Assembly (NCBI RefSeq): GCF_036321535.1
Contig: NC_087438.1
Location: 13,580,001 to 13,644,000, forward strand
Source of the DNA: Camelus dromedarius
Lineage: Eukaryota
DNA length: 64,000 bases
Reading direction: 5' to 3'
Of the stretch, positions 26,801 to 40,341 are shown in pieces. A program made the translations under genes and the position numbers. Numbering within the stretch: position 1 is the stretch's first letter; each line of letters starts with the position of its first letter. The notes under the pieces are model-generated. The model was not told where the DNA came from, did no database searches, and was given only the letters and a program-made list of their open reading frames with translations.

Positions 26801-28039
26801 CATAAAATTTTCACATTTATTTTCTTCCACCACTTTAAGTGGAATAATTTAACTAATTATTATAGAATTCATGGCAAAGTTAAACCTTTGTTTTTTTTTT
26901 ACATTGAAACATTTCCTTGCATTGAAGAGAATTGTAAAAAATTATTTATTTTCATGTCCATCCTATTTCCTTGCAATATAGAGTGAATTTGAAAGATGGA
27001 CAATCATCTCTTTTTGGTTAACAGGATTATCCAGACAGCAAGTTAAAGACTTTTTGCTCTACCGGATAACTTGCTTTTAGGAAGACATTATGTTGTTCAC
27101 GCTGTGCGAATTTCCAGCTCTCAGACTGACATACTTCAGGTAATAAGTGTGAGGTCTGAACTACACATGCCGTCTCCTGTAGATGTTTAGTGTGACTCGG
27201 ATTCTCATATTTAATCAAATCCGGGGCACTGTCAAAACATTTACTCAATTTTCAAGGCAAAAGGTTTAATCCCATACTGTGTCAAATTGACCAAATTTAA
27301 TGCTTTCTTGCAAGGCTTCTTCCTGGTCACTTATATCAGGTAATACTTCCTTCCTGAAAAATGTGTCTTTTAAGGAGTTGATGACTCTAAGATTTCCAAA
27401 GGAAGTATCTATATCTCATTCAGTCAACAAAATCTTTTTGAATTAATGAATGAGTTTATCAATTAGTTTAAAACTCGATTTTTTAAGAATTAGATTTTAA
27501 CTTTGCACTAACCAAAAATGTCTTTTATGTATATATATATATATATGTATGTATTTACTCAGTAGCCATATCTTCGCAACATTTTGATAGAATCTTGGTT
27601 CCTTTTAGGTTAAGCATCTGAAGAAACATAAAGTTCTATATGTGTCTGACCATTTTATTTTGTTTAGATATTAAATTATTAGTGTTAAATACATTTGCTT
27701 TGTATTTATTTATAGAACATATTCTCCAATAATATATTTTCATGTGTTCTAACCCTAATTCAAAAAATTTGAAAAAAATGTGAAATTATCACCATATGAT
27801 ATCAACTATAAAATTTAGAGCCTCATTACTTGCTGTTATTTTGTATTATCTACTAAACATAATGTTGAATTATCCTGTTGAAACAACAGTGACATTAAAA
27901 TCAAAAATATTCATGGAGAAACCTTCTTTATTTAACTAACCAGGTAGAGTTCTATGTAAAGGACCAGGGATAAATAGATAATTACAGTTCCCTTTCAAAA
28001 CTACAGAAAGCACGTAAGAGGAATTGCAGGTCATGTGAA

Positions 28040-28900
28040 TGGTGGTAGGTTCTATGATGAAACTGAAAAAAAGAAATTTGGAAAAGTAGAGAGTGAAAGT
28101 CTGGAGGGTGTAATTTTTGATAGAGAGACCAGGCACCTCATTAAGATGACATCTGAGTAAGGCTTCAAAGAGATGGGGAGGTGGGGGTGTTGCACCAAGT
28201 GGATATTTGATGAAGATCCTTCGCAGAAAAGGGCATAAAAACAGTAGGTATGTATACTGTGACTGAAGAGCCAGGTGGGGACTGTGGGGAATGAGATCTC
28301 AAAAGTAACAGGAACCAGACATCATAGGATTTTGCATTTTACTTTGCAGAAGTGGGGGCCATCAAATGGTTTTCAGGACACAAATGAATTGATACGACCA
28401 ACTTTTTAAATAAACACTGTGGCCACTGTGTGGGGAATACACTCTAAAGAGTTAGGGAGCAATTAGAAAGCCACCGCAACTACCCAGGAAAGAAAGAGAT
28501 GATTGCATTTGACCCAGGACATTTGTACTACAAGCTGTTGAATTCTGATTATTTTAATGCAGAATCAACACATTTGCTGATACATTGAATACAGGATGAA
28601 AGAAAAAGAACAGATTAGAACTGACTATATTTGATTTAAACTACTGAAAGGATCAGTGTGCTATTTTTCTAACAGTGTGGGAGAACCAGAGTTTTGGGGC
28701 TGAAAAGATAAAGAATTTAGTTTGGGACATTATGTTTGGAATAATGGCTATATATCCTCATGAGAACTCTAAGAAGGAATTCAGTGGAAAGTTCTCAGAT
28801 GGAAATATACATAAAAGAGTGGTCAACCTAGAGGAGGCATTTAAACTCAAAATGGATGAAACCAGCTATAGAGTAGGTACAGTATATGTGGAAAAGTTGA
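28040..28900 (-). mobile_element. L2 LINE fragment
   Basis: 'gatgacatctgagtaagg', 'ggattttgcattttact', 'catttgctgatacattgaat', 'aagaatttagtttgggacattatgtttgga' are antisense L2 phrases. Confidence 0.8.
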
Positions 28901-29331
28901 CCCTAGACAGATGCACACACTGTGTGCCCATGGTAACAGGAAGGATGGCAAAGTTTATGGGCACAGGTGCAGCTCATTGAATGTTTGGGACAATGGGAGC
29001 TTATGGAAGTTCTTTTCGGATGCTTCAGTTTACTCATTAAAATAAAAAGAAAGGGGAGTATCTGGGCCTCAGTATGGAGTTTGGAGGGTTGGAGGGAAGG
29101 TAATAGACTAACAGTATGTTTTAACAACTCACTTGAGATAAATTATCATTGAATGACACCAGCTAATATGGTTACATGCTTTTCACCAGTCAGATCCCAC
29201 TGTACTGAAGGAAAATTCTGAGAGAGGGATTTAGCTAGGATTGATTTTTTTTTTGCCATAGGATTACAATGAAACGAACAAGATACAAATGAGTTGGAAC
29301 CTTGTGCCTTTTTAAAATATAAAAGTGACAC

Positions 29332-29906
29332 TGAAAGTGAGCTAGGTGAGAATCCTGCCAGACCGATCTCTTAGCAATTGCCACTTGATAAACAATGAGA
29401 GTTCTTGGCTAATCCACAATTTTACATAGTAGGCATTAAGAAAAAAGCCTTTTATTGAAGGAATTTACAAGTCAGGGTCAACTACAAAGGCGAGACTTAG
29501 GTCTTAGGCTCTTATTCTCATCAGAAAGACACAAGCAAGGGCCAGCGTGTGCTGACGAACCAACAGCATGGGTTTGCATTCCAGAAAAAGGAACCCAGTC
29601 TCTGCTTCCTTTCCCTTCTCTTAGCTCAAAAAAATAGTGACTTTGTCAGTATGGACAAATATACTAATGAGGGAACATAAATCTTGATTTAGGTGATGGC
29701 TGCCCTGCTTCTGTGGAGTTAAGACACCTGTCTGGAGTTGGATTTAGGTGCATAGAGTTGGAGGAAGAAGTCTCTAGTCATGTGGGAAACTAGCTTGCGG
29801 TAGCCCCCTTTTCAAGGAGAACTGAAGTGCTCCCAACTAGCTCATTGTCCAGGCAACCCAGATAAATTTCCATGGTCATATTTGGGCAGCCCTGCTTGTC
29901 ACAACA
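29332..29906 (-). mobile_element. Putative solo LTR, family not identified
   Basis: GC-richer block bounded by TG and CA; antisense poly(A) signal (ttttattg) near 29451; minus strand starts TGTTGTG. Confidence 0.45.
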
Positions 29907-31350
29907 CACTAAAGGGTGAAGTGAGACCATGACATATTAAAACGACATAAACTAAAAGGTCAGTAGGGTACACTAAGAATAAAATACTGTGAACTCATTT
30001 AATCACTTCAACCCAGAATTATTCCAAAGGTGATTCTGTACAAAAATAAATCAACAAATAAATCATTATAACTAAACAGATCCTTTAATGCCTCAACAAG
30101 TGATTTAAGCACTAATGGTAGTCATTATTTAAATAAATATGAACCAAAGCTTATTAGCACACATGAAAGGAAACTGAATGATATTGGGAAAGAAAAATAT
30201 GTTTATACATACATTATTTTACCCAGAGAAAATTTACTGGGAAAGAAAAATATTAAAATGTGCAGGGTGGAAATGCAGTGGAAAACAGGATTAATGGTAT
30301 TTAAAAATCAAGGGTAAACGAGAGAAGGGGCATAAATGGCATCAAATTCTCAAAGGCTACTGTAATTTTACAGCAAAAGGAAATAATGAATTATAAAGCA
30401 AGGGATTTACAAGAAGGAATCCTTTTCATTGACCTATTTCATTTTAATTCCAGAAAGAACCTTTTTGATCTTTTTTATATTCTTCTTTGTGAAATATTTA
30501 ACTGCACCCTGAGATATAAAGCTGCCATTCCAGAGGAGTCAGAATGAAGCACAGTTCTGCTAGAGAAGTATCAGAGAGCAGTGGTGTTTGCTCTCTCTGT
30601 CTATTCCTTTTCTCCTTCCCCGCCTCCTTTCCTTTCTTTTCTTCTCATGATTGCTTCTTTACCTTTGAAATTCTTCAGTAAGACATGCCATTATTTTTCC
30701 AGCTATTAAGATGTGGGTTATGTGTTCCCTTTTCTATTACAGCATTTAATTGGTGATTAAATGATAATGTAAGCTTTTTATATTCAATCAAATTACAGAA
30801 GACAATCACTTTGATTATACTCAAACAACATTGAATTGAAAGATAATTGATTTAACAAGTAAGTATAGTCATTTGAATTGCAAAAAAAGACAAGAAAAAA
30901 CATAAAATTTTGACTCTGTAAAGATAATTTACTATGAATTCTGTAGGCTTTTATTTTCATGTCCTCCATATTCAGACATCTAAGAAAGTAAATTGAACAG
31001 TGGATTTGTTATGTAAGTAATAAAATTGTTTGTTTCATGGGACATACTTAGTTTAAAACTCAGTTCCAGCCATATAATTTATTCTATACATATACCTAAT
31101 TCATTGAATGAGATTGTCTTAGGTCTTATGATTAAAAATGAACTCATGAATAATTCTGTAAAGGTAAGAAATAACCCATATTGATGTATTTAAACATTTT
31201 TTTTCCTACAGGCTAATAAAGCAGGATTCAGAGATATCTCATACAATATACCCAAATATCTATCCATTTAACTTGTTCCGCATACTCCTGAATTTTTCCA
31301 TGTTTAATAAATAATACCCCTAATTAACCACAAAGTAAGGTATCATTTTT

Positions 31351-32165
31351 TAACTAAAGTTTAGCTGATTTACAATTTTGTATTAGTTTCAGATGTAAAC
31401 ACAACAGAATGATTCAGTTATACATATACATGTATTTTTTTTCTCAATTTTTCCTTTAAGGTTTAGTACAGGATATTGAATATAGTTCCCTGCACTATAC
31501 AGTAAATCCTTGTTGTTTACCTATTTTACATATGGTAGTGTTTATCTGTTAATCCCTTACTTTCAATTTATTCCTCCCTGCTTTCCTCTTTGGTAGCCAT
31601 AAGTTTATTTTTTTATGTCTGTGAGTCTGTTTCTATTTTATTAGTCCATTTGTACTATTTTTTAGATTCCACATATAACTGACTCACCTAACATTTGTCT
31701 TTCTTTGATTTACTTCACTTAGTATAATAATCTTTAGGTCCATTCATGTTGCTGTAAATGGCATTATTTCATTGTTTTTTTATGGCTAAGTAATATTCCA
31801 CTGTGCATGTGTATATATAAATACATTTTCTTTATCCATTGATCTATTGATGGACACTTAGGTTGATTCTATGTTTTGGCTATTGTAAATATTACCACTA
31901 TGAACATTGGGGTGCATGCATCTTTTCAAATTAGAGCTTTTATCTTTTCTGGATATATGCCCAGGAGTGGGATTGCTGGATCATATGGTAACTCTAGCTT
32001 CAGTTTTTTAAGGAACTGTTATACTGTCCTTCATAGTGGCTGCACCAATTTACATTCCCACCAACAGTGTAGTAAGGCTCATTTTTCTTCACACCCTTTC
32101 CAGAACTTATTATTTACAGACTTTTTGATAATGGCCATTCTGACAGGTGTCAGATGATACTTCAC
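31351..32165 (-). mobile_element. 5'-truncated cetartiodactyl/camelid L1 (ORF2 end plus 3' UTR)
   Basis: Antisense L1 phrases 'gatattgaatatagttccctg', 'ggatatatgcccaggagtgggattgctggatcatatggta'; 14-bp TSD aaggtatcattttt (31337-31350) / aagataccattttt (32166-32179). Confidence 0.95.
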
Positions 32166-32179
32166 AAGATACCATTTTT

Positions 32180-32820
32180 ATTCTCTCTCTCCTTCCCAAC
32201 TCACATCCTATCAAAATATGCAGATCAAGTTTTATCAAAGTGTATCCAGTCCCCACCCAGTTCTCTCAGTCTCCATTATCTCTAGCATACTCCAAGCCAC
32301 TGACCTAACCTATCTGCTCAGGTAAAACTTTCTCATTGGCCAGTGCATTTCCTATCTTAGTCATATACAATCCATTCTCTATGTTTGGCATGTATGAACT
32401 TTTAAAATTAATCATCTACTCATGATACATCTCTTCTAGATATATTTTGATTGTCCACATAACATAGCCAAAGCCCTTCATATTACTTAAGGTTTCTTAC
32501 AAGGTACTATTTGGACTGACCCTTGCTTAATTCTCCAGGCTGACTTTTGTTTCTCTTGAAAAATTCCCAACATTTGATTGAAGGTTGAGTGTTCCACAAG
32601 AGTATGAGAGACCAAAGTATTATGTACATTGTTGACTTGAAGTTACATACACTATCTCCAGTGAATGTCCAAATCAATATATGTATTTTTAAAATACTTG
32701 CCATTTACTCATAAGCAAACTAATGTCTAATGAAAATTCTTTGCATTAAATGCCTGAAAATAAGAGAGGAGATAATTTGTCAAAGATGATATACTTATGC
32801 TCAATAAATATTTGAAATTA
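32180..32820 (+). mobile_element. L2 LINE 3' region, eroded
   Basis: 'ttctctcagtctccatt...ctccaagccac', 'caatccattctcta', 'aaagcccttca', ending 'tgctcaataaatatttg'. Confidence 0.65.
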
Positions 32821-33147
32821 TTCTCAACCACCTTAAACATTAAAAATGTAGATTAATACATAGAGAAAGCATTTAAAGTGAAGATACTAGTGAAATTTTA
32901 AAAAGCAGCTGGAGTGCACTGTTGGGAAGACATTAGCAGCAGGATCAGAAGTACTCCTCATTGTGGAGAAGAATATGAATTAATACCAATTTTTAAAACT
33001 AGTTGACTTGTATCCCATAAATATTAATTGCATATGTTTAATACCAGCAATTTCCTTTAGAAATGTTGATTTGATAGAAAATAGAGCATGGAATATACGT
33101 ATAAATACAGTCAATGCAGCTACAATAGCCAATCTGTGCAAAAAGCT

Positions 33148-33223
33148 TATGTTTTGGCTATTGTAAATAGTACCACTATGAACACTGAGGTGCATATATC
33201 TCTTTGAATTAGAGCTTTTATCT
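33148..33223 (-). mobile_element. 76-bp internal L1 ORF2 fragment
   Basis: Colinear with 31870-31945, 7 differences in 76 bp by eye. Confidence 0.85.
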
Positions 33224-33547
33224 ATTAATCTATTAACCTATGTATTAACCTAAAAAAGTTCTATGATAAATCTGGAGGGAATTAAAGCAAAGTGCCAACC
33301 AGTATCAATAATGAGATCACATTTTGGTATGAAAATGCATAAAACTTCTTGTGAAATATGATTCACATTTTGCATGGAAGCTATTTCTCTGCAAATGAAC
33401 ATGTAACCTGACAGATTAATAAACATAGAGATGAGTCAGGGAGAGTGGTTATTAACAGTATGTGACAGTTTACTGAGTACATTGGAAAGGTAGCTGTCTT
33501 TTCTTTTAGCATTTTTGATCCATATTTTCATTTAAAAAAAAGGATGT

Positions 33548-33619
33548 CAGAACTAGAGATTGTCATTCTAAGTGAAGTAAGCCTGAAAGAGAAATACCAT
33601 ATATCACTTATATGTGGAA

Positions 33620-33653
<34 letters not shown>

Positions 33654-33985
33654 CAAATGAACTTATTTACAAAACAGAAACAGACTCACAGACAGAAAAC
33701 AAACTTATGGTTACCAGGGGGGAAAGGGGATGGGAAGGGATAAGTTGGGAGTTTGAGATTTTCAGATACTAACTAATATATATAAAATAAATAAACAAGT
33801 TCATACTGTATAGCACAAGGAAATATATTCAATATCTTGTAGTAATTTATGGTGAAAAAGAATATGAAAACTAATATAAATATATGTTCCTGTATGACTG
33901 AAGCATTGTGCTGTACAACAGAAATTGACATAACATTGTAAACTGACTATACGTCAATTAAAAAATTATATAGAGAGATATATAT
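33548..33985 (+). mobile_element. Young camelid-type L1 3' end, 5'-truncated
   Basis: ORF2 end 'ctagagattgtcattctaagtgaagtaagcc', A-tract, 3' UTR 'gaacttatttacaaaacagaaacagactcacagac'; imperfect TSD aaaaaaaggatgt / aaaaaagggatat. Confidence 0.95.
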
Positions 33986-35222
33986 AAAAAAGGGATATTG
34001 GAAAGATGACCTATCAGATGACAGTATCACTTTTAAGCATTTGATTCTTATGGAAGAGAGATGAGTGTAGACCCTGTCCAGAACAAAGTACTCATTCATG
34101 CAGCACATTTCCAGAGACAGCTAGAAAAAAGAAGAGAATGTCATTTTAATCATTGTCTCCACTCTCATTAGAGCCCAAGATGGTCTTACCCCAGTGTCTG
34201 GCCCATTGGTTAGAATGTGTAGAATGCAGAGTTCATCTGGCTCCATGCACTAAAGCACCTAAGGTCACTTCTGCAGCATGACCTTCTCCACGGCCTCTTT
34301 ACTAATCACCCTTAATGACAGATGGAGACTAATTTGCATCCTTTTGACTCTCGGCTGAACTTGTAACCTGAGTGAGTATGGCATGACCCCTGTGTAGAGT
34401 CTCAAGGAATATTTGTTTGCATATTTTTCTGTAACTAATTAGGTGATCATTATCTGGAAAGTTTTTAGAAATTTTGAAACAAGGATTTTATTCTAATTTT
34501 CACCACTTGCCATCTTTTCTAATAATATTGTTAATGACTAAATATTCTAATCTATCTGTCTCTTCAAATGTTCTCCCATGAGAACGCACTAAATTCAGAA
34601 TTCTTTCCCATCTGTGGAGTTCTAGTTCGAGGATGCGCTAACACAGTAATCGCACTAATTACCTTGTCCCTTGGTGTGATTTCCCTTCGGACTCTGCCAG
34701 TGATGAACTAATCCTCTCCTTTATTTTCCCGATTTCCCAAATCACAGATTGATTTCTACTAAATAAATTAAGCCTCTATACACTTAGGAGTTTGAGTATT
34801 ACAGTTATATTGGTATCACATATGCTTAAAGGCCAAGAGTTAACAGATTACATTGTTTTGGAAACCCTGATGGTATTTCCCAACATATGTTTAGTTGATG
34901 AAGACGCCATCCTGAAACCATGGAGGAAGCTGGAGGAGAAAGTGGCCAGACATACAATGAAATAAAAGGATATGCAAATAATTCCACTTACTATACATTT
35001 TAATGAGGGTTTATATGAGATTGTAATGAGTTGTATGAGAATAAATGGAATCAGACTCATGAGTCAATAGTTTCCTCAGCTGATCTTAGCCCTGGAGGTA
35101 TTTCATAGCTGGAAAATACATTCTGAATTTGATAGTTAATTCTATTGCTTTTAGTTAGTTTTTCTCTCATTCAGTATGGGTACCTAACACAAAACAATAA
35201 CTTTTATCTATTTCTCAAGCAT

Positions 35223-35233
35223 ACACACACACA

Positions 35234-35268
<35 letters not shown>
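35223..35268. repeat. (CA)n microsatellite with one interruption
   Basis: Direct observation. Confidence 0.95.
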
Positions 35269-35270
<2 letters not shown>

Positions 35271-37449
35271 AAATAGCACGCTATTTGAACACTATAGAAA
35301 AGCTGAATGGATTGTGCTTTTCAAATTATTTTAATCTAACATGTTCATATTCAGTGACAATTTCTATTACAGGTGATTTTTTGCTTCATGAATTGAATCC
35401 TGAAATAAAAGCTCAGGTAAACATAATCCCCTTTTTATTGATTCTCTCATTCACTTAATCTGGTTACATTTAATGCTCATTCAAATTATAAATGAGAACT
35501 GAAATGCAGGGCAGTCTTTTCTTGAAAAGTGAATGCCTTAGCGACTGGTCTCCCATAGAAATGGAAGGTAATATTTTAGTTTAGCATCACATAGGTTAAG
35601 TTTCAGACAGAATATATTTCCAATCCCACCCCCAATTATGAAATACTGCAGATACGTTCTTTATCCAAATGCTTGGTATGTGCTCAGTAACGAAACAACG
35701 AAAATAATAATTATGTACTTTCTCTTTTAATTTGTATGTAATCATTTAAGCCGTCTTTCCAATGCCAACCTTTCAGTGCTTAGTTCTAGATTTTATGTAA
35801 TATATCTCACTCAATGAAGTAAAATAATGTTTTTCAAGCAAAATTTTTGTTTCTCTATTGGGTGGGTGATAATTATTTCCTATGACTATTCTATCAAGAA
35901 AATAGAAGTAACAAAGCAGAAACTCATTCCATTGTCCTTCCAGGAGAAGAGAGAGTAATTACTAGCCCTAGTAAGTTGCAAGTGATGTGGACCTACTCAA
36001 GCCGTGGGACAATTTGGAGGAAAATTCAACATTTTTTAATGGTGCCATTGCAAATCTTTATGTAATATATAGTGATGATTTAATTTTAAGAAGATATGGA
36101 ACAAATAACTTATTAATTGTTCATGTTACGCTAATATATACAATGTACTACAAGACCACGTGGGCGTACACACCATTTAAAGCATGATTTCATATTTGTT
36201 GTATCAATTAGAACTGAAGAATTATTCTTTGAATTTTATTTCTAGAGACTCTTACTCACTCTCCCTTATGAACTATATATGTTATTTGCAAGCTGTTATT
36301 CTTTTATAAATTTTATTATAACTTGGGAAGAAAGCAGAGATGTGAATTAATTAGAGAAAATATGTTCTCATATTACTCTAAAACATGAAAATCCTAACTT
36401 CAGCTTATTAAATATATTTGTACAAATAAAAACGAAGTGTGAAGATGTTATTATATCTGTTCTTTGGGGTGCACAAAAGTACAAGGTTTCAAAGGCTAAA
36501 CTTAATGTATTTTATTCATATTTCTGTAATTCAGAGACACTGGTTTTAAAAGCGCTTAACAAATGATCTTTTGTTCTTATTAACAACTCAGTTTTTATAA
36601 TTAATATTGACAATTTTGAAACTCTAATTTGGGTTTTAATTTAACATTAATAAAAATTAGTCATTTGGATTACCTAAATAGCATGTTTTTCTTAAAAAAA
36701 AATAAAATAAAATTTACTAAATAAAATTAAGCATAAGTTATAACCCTTTCAAACCTACTGGCCAATTCACTATGCAAAAGTCACTATTTCTTGTCAAGGT
36801 GCCATTATAATATTATTTATTTCAAAAATAGTTAATAAGCAACTAAAATTTAGTGTTCATATAAAGCAGAAAGAGTAAACATTATATTATTTAACCATAG
36901 TGCACTACTTCTATAAATTAATAGCCAAAATATTAAAAAATACTTATTAGGACAAAAAACAGTTTAAAATTTTGTTCAACATCACTTGGGTTAAGTTAAA
37001 AGGATATAAAAAACAGCAGAAGATCTGGAAAATATCAATACTGAAATTGGATAAAACTAAAATTACTCACAAAAGTGTAACCACATATTTTAAATTTCAA
37101 TTACAAATTTTAAATATAAAAACAAAACAAAAGTATCTCCAAGGGAAAAATAAATTGATATAAATATTAGGTTTATATTCTAAGTTAATTTTTAAAAAAT
37201 TTTTAAGTAAGATTTGTTTTATTTAATAAATTTGCAACTGGGGAAGTTTTTCTTGATTTTTTGTTACTAATTTTCAGTTTCATTGCTTTATTGTCGAAGA
37301 ATAAAATTTAAATTATTTAAAGTTCATGATTTGTGTTATGACTTAATATATGTTATTTTGTTAAATTATCAGTGTGTGTTTAAACCTCTGTTGACCACTC
37401 ATTGTATGCTTGAGATTTATTTGTGAACATAACAGAAAGCATGTGTCTA

Positions 37450-38690
37450 TAATTTTTGCTTAGTTTAAATCCCTTTGTGGAGAGATAATAAATGTATAAC
37501 ACATAATAAGTAGATGTATGAATATGTAAATTATGTAGTATGCTAGAAGATGATTACTATTATGAAATTTTTAAGAAGGAAATTGGGTACACAATGGGTT
37601 ATTTGCAAATTTATGTCAGATAGTCAAGTTAGCCTCCTTAGAGAAGCTGATACCTGAGAGAGGACTTGGACAAGGTGAAGAAGAAAGCCAGGTAGACGTC
37701 AGGGGATAAGTTGAGGCAGTGGGAACAGCTAGTTGGAAGGCCTTAGAGAGCAGCGTTACGGGGAAAAACTAGATGCCCGTGGTAACAGGGAACAAGTGAG
37801 TGACCAGGGGCATCAGGGTGGAATTCAGATTTAAGGCAGTTGGTAGTATAGAAAATTTGGAGCATTAAAAGCCATTGTAAGAAATTTAGTTTTTACTCTG
37901 ATTAAAATGAGTAGTCAGAGCTGGATTTTTGAATAGATAAGTGACATGATATGACTTAGATTTCCAAATGACCACTTTATAAGGGGACAAGGATGAAAGA
38001 TAGGAGACCAGTTAGGAATCTATTGTAATTATCTAGGTGAGAATTGAAGATGTCTTACATTAGGGTGATCTCATAGTGCTGTGGTTAACGAGAAAAAGTC
38101 AGATTTCATAATAAGAATAATGTCCATGGACAGAGGCACATTTCTAGGAGATCAAAACTGAATATTGTTCTAATTTGCTCAGGCTGTTCAATAGGGATGA
38201 ACTTTGACAAACCTTCCAGATGAGCCTGAGCAGTGACCAGGCACTTTGAACAAATCCTCAATGGACCCTAGAAACAGTCTTCTCTGACCAAAGCACGATG
38301 GGACTTATTTGAACTAAGCATATAGAGATTCTGATGCATTTTCCACTCTATCCAAACTGCAAAATTTAATCTAATTAACAGATCATGAACCTTCATCTTC
38401 CTGTTCATAAAATCCTTGGCTTTTCTCCCTTAGTGATACACTCGGTGAATCTCTTTATTCTTGTGTGTTTCCTTGCATGGCAATTAAGCAAAGTCAGTTT
38501 TAACTTTTAATTTTTCCATAAATTTATATAGTAATTTATTCATGGTTAGCTTTTATGGTTATTTATTTATAGCCATGTGAACACATTTTAAAGGTAATGC
38601 TAATAGAATTTCCTGATGAACTTGGACTTGAAGTGAGGGGAACAGAGGGAGATAAGATAGATTAGCCTAAGATGCTTGAAACAAAAGCAT
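37450..38690 (-). mobile_element. L2 LINE fragment split by an LTR insertion
   Basis: 'gccattgtaagaaatttagtttttactctga' and 'ggagaccagttaggaatctattgtaattatctaggtgaga'; L2 resumes after about 38585 with 'ttttaaaggtaatgctaatagaatttcctgatg'. Confidence 0.85.
38111..38583 (+). mobile_element. Putative ERV1-class solo LTR nested in L2
   Basis: About 470-bp block interrupting colinear L2 sequence; TATA-like 'cataaaatcc', 'tgtgtttccttgcatggcaattaagcaaag', ends '...tgtgaaca'. Confidence 0.55.
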
Positions 38691-38989
38691 ATTGTAACAA
38701 TTGTTTAAAATATTTCTATTTCAAGAGGGCAGCTAACCCATAAGAGTTTGGGAATATATATTAATCAGAATCAGATATAACTCTATCAAAGCAAGTAGAG
38801 TTCAGACAAATGAATATAAATCTTTATTAATCAAGACCACTAATATTAATGAAAACAGCATTGTGCTCCTCTTATTTATGAACTCATCACATCCTACCTA
38901 TCGATCAAAAGATCTTCCATGTGGTATATAATTCAGAGACTGAAACCATAGGCTCACAAAGACTGCTACAACAGAGTGATTAAGTGTTG

Positions 38990-40310
38990 GAGCTGAAAAA
39001 CCAAAGGAATGCAAGCGTTCAGAGTTTGTAACTGGAGAAAGGGCATAGTATTATGTACTACATAGCCGTTATCCAAGATATATCTCTTTGACAGCCCTTA
39101 GGTAGCTCATCCCTGACATGGTCAAGAAACAACTATTGACTCATTCAGCATTTATGACATTAAAACCAATCCAACATCTTTTAGTCCTTTCAGTTTTAGA
39201 GGTAACATATCACTCTTTACAAATTTTGTTTAAGCTCACGTATGCTTTCACTGGCAAACCACCCCACTATGAAAGGCTCTTAATTCTGCCAAAATTGCCA
39301 TAATACATTTATTCCCACTAGTCTTTCCAGAGACGTCTTCATTGTACAAGGATTAGCAGTCTCCTCCCATGTATTCAGGTGTTTCTTGACCATTCATGAC
39401 GGCTTTAAGTTGCCCTAGAACTTTTAGCCCAAAGCAGTGCCCTCCTGGGCACTATGTCATATGCTGTGAGAGTGACCCACATTCTATTCTGCTGGAACAG
39501 AGATTTTCCAAGCCTTGAGGCTCTGAACCTCCATATTCAACTCATTTGGGATGTGGAATCCGTACCCTTCAAGCTGACACAATCATCAAGTCCTCCTTGC
39601 TAAAATGTAAATTGTACCACAAAGTAGAGTCAAACCTGGCTCCTCTGCATATCCCACCTCCAGGAGGGCATGATCTCTCCGACCCTTGGTTCTTCATTGG
39701 CTGCCATGGTGCAGGTGGAGGTAAGCCTTCCCCCAGACCTTCTGGAGTCCTTTGAGATCAACTAAGTGATCAGCAACAGGAACATGTACACAGAATGGAC
39801 AGCGATGCCATAATCACATGTGATGGAGCTTGTCTCTTACCTAGATGAGGTGTCCCTGATAAATGATAGGAACCAGTGGTCAACACAGTTCCCCAAGTAG
39901 CAGTCATCTTAGCACTGGATGACTTTTATGGACTCTTAAACCATTGCCAGTGGTCTGACTATGCGGTCAGTCTACATTAATTCCTTATCCAAGTTTGCTA
40001 CCCTTGGGGTAGAGAACTCTGGGAACTCTTGCCTTACAAATACTCAAAATAAAAATCCAGCCCACACAAGTCCCTATACGTTCCAACACAACTATCCAAG
40101 TCCTTATTGAGGCGTGACTTACCTCCTTTGGCGTTCTAGGCATTATTGATAGCTACCGAATCACTCATTTAACTTTGCAAAATATACCATGCTGTGCTCT
40201 TAAATAAGGCATTTGATGGAACATTCCCTTCCCATGCCAGCCTCAGGCTACAGGCTACATAGAGCACCATATTGGCTTAATTAAACAAGTTCAAATTCAA
40301 TTAAATGAAA
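38990..40310 (+). mobile_element. Degenerate ERV-L internal region (pol: RT thumb, RNase H, integrase core)
   Basis: Translations KPIQHLL...LQILFKLTYAFTGK (ORF 39118), KSSLLKCKLY (ORF 39546) and, from 40124, SFGVLGIIDSYRITHLTLQNIPCCALK*GI*WNIPFPCQPQATGYIEHHIGLIKQ match ERVL pol (AQHLLGLFGFWR, LLKWKWY, SDQGTHFT...HLPYRPQAAGLIER). Confidence 0.85.
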
Positions 40311-40341
40311 ACATGGCACATTTCAGTCTTTGCAAACGTCA

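Noticed and set aside
34183..34260. Minus-strand donor-like 'G|GTAAGA' with a short upstream frame
   Set aside because: Weak acceptor and unrecognised peptide; expected by chance.
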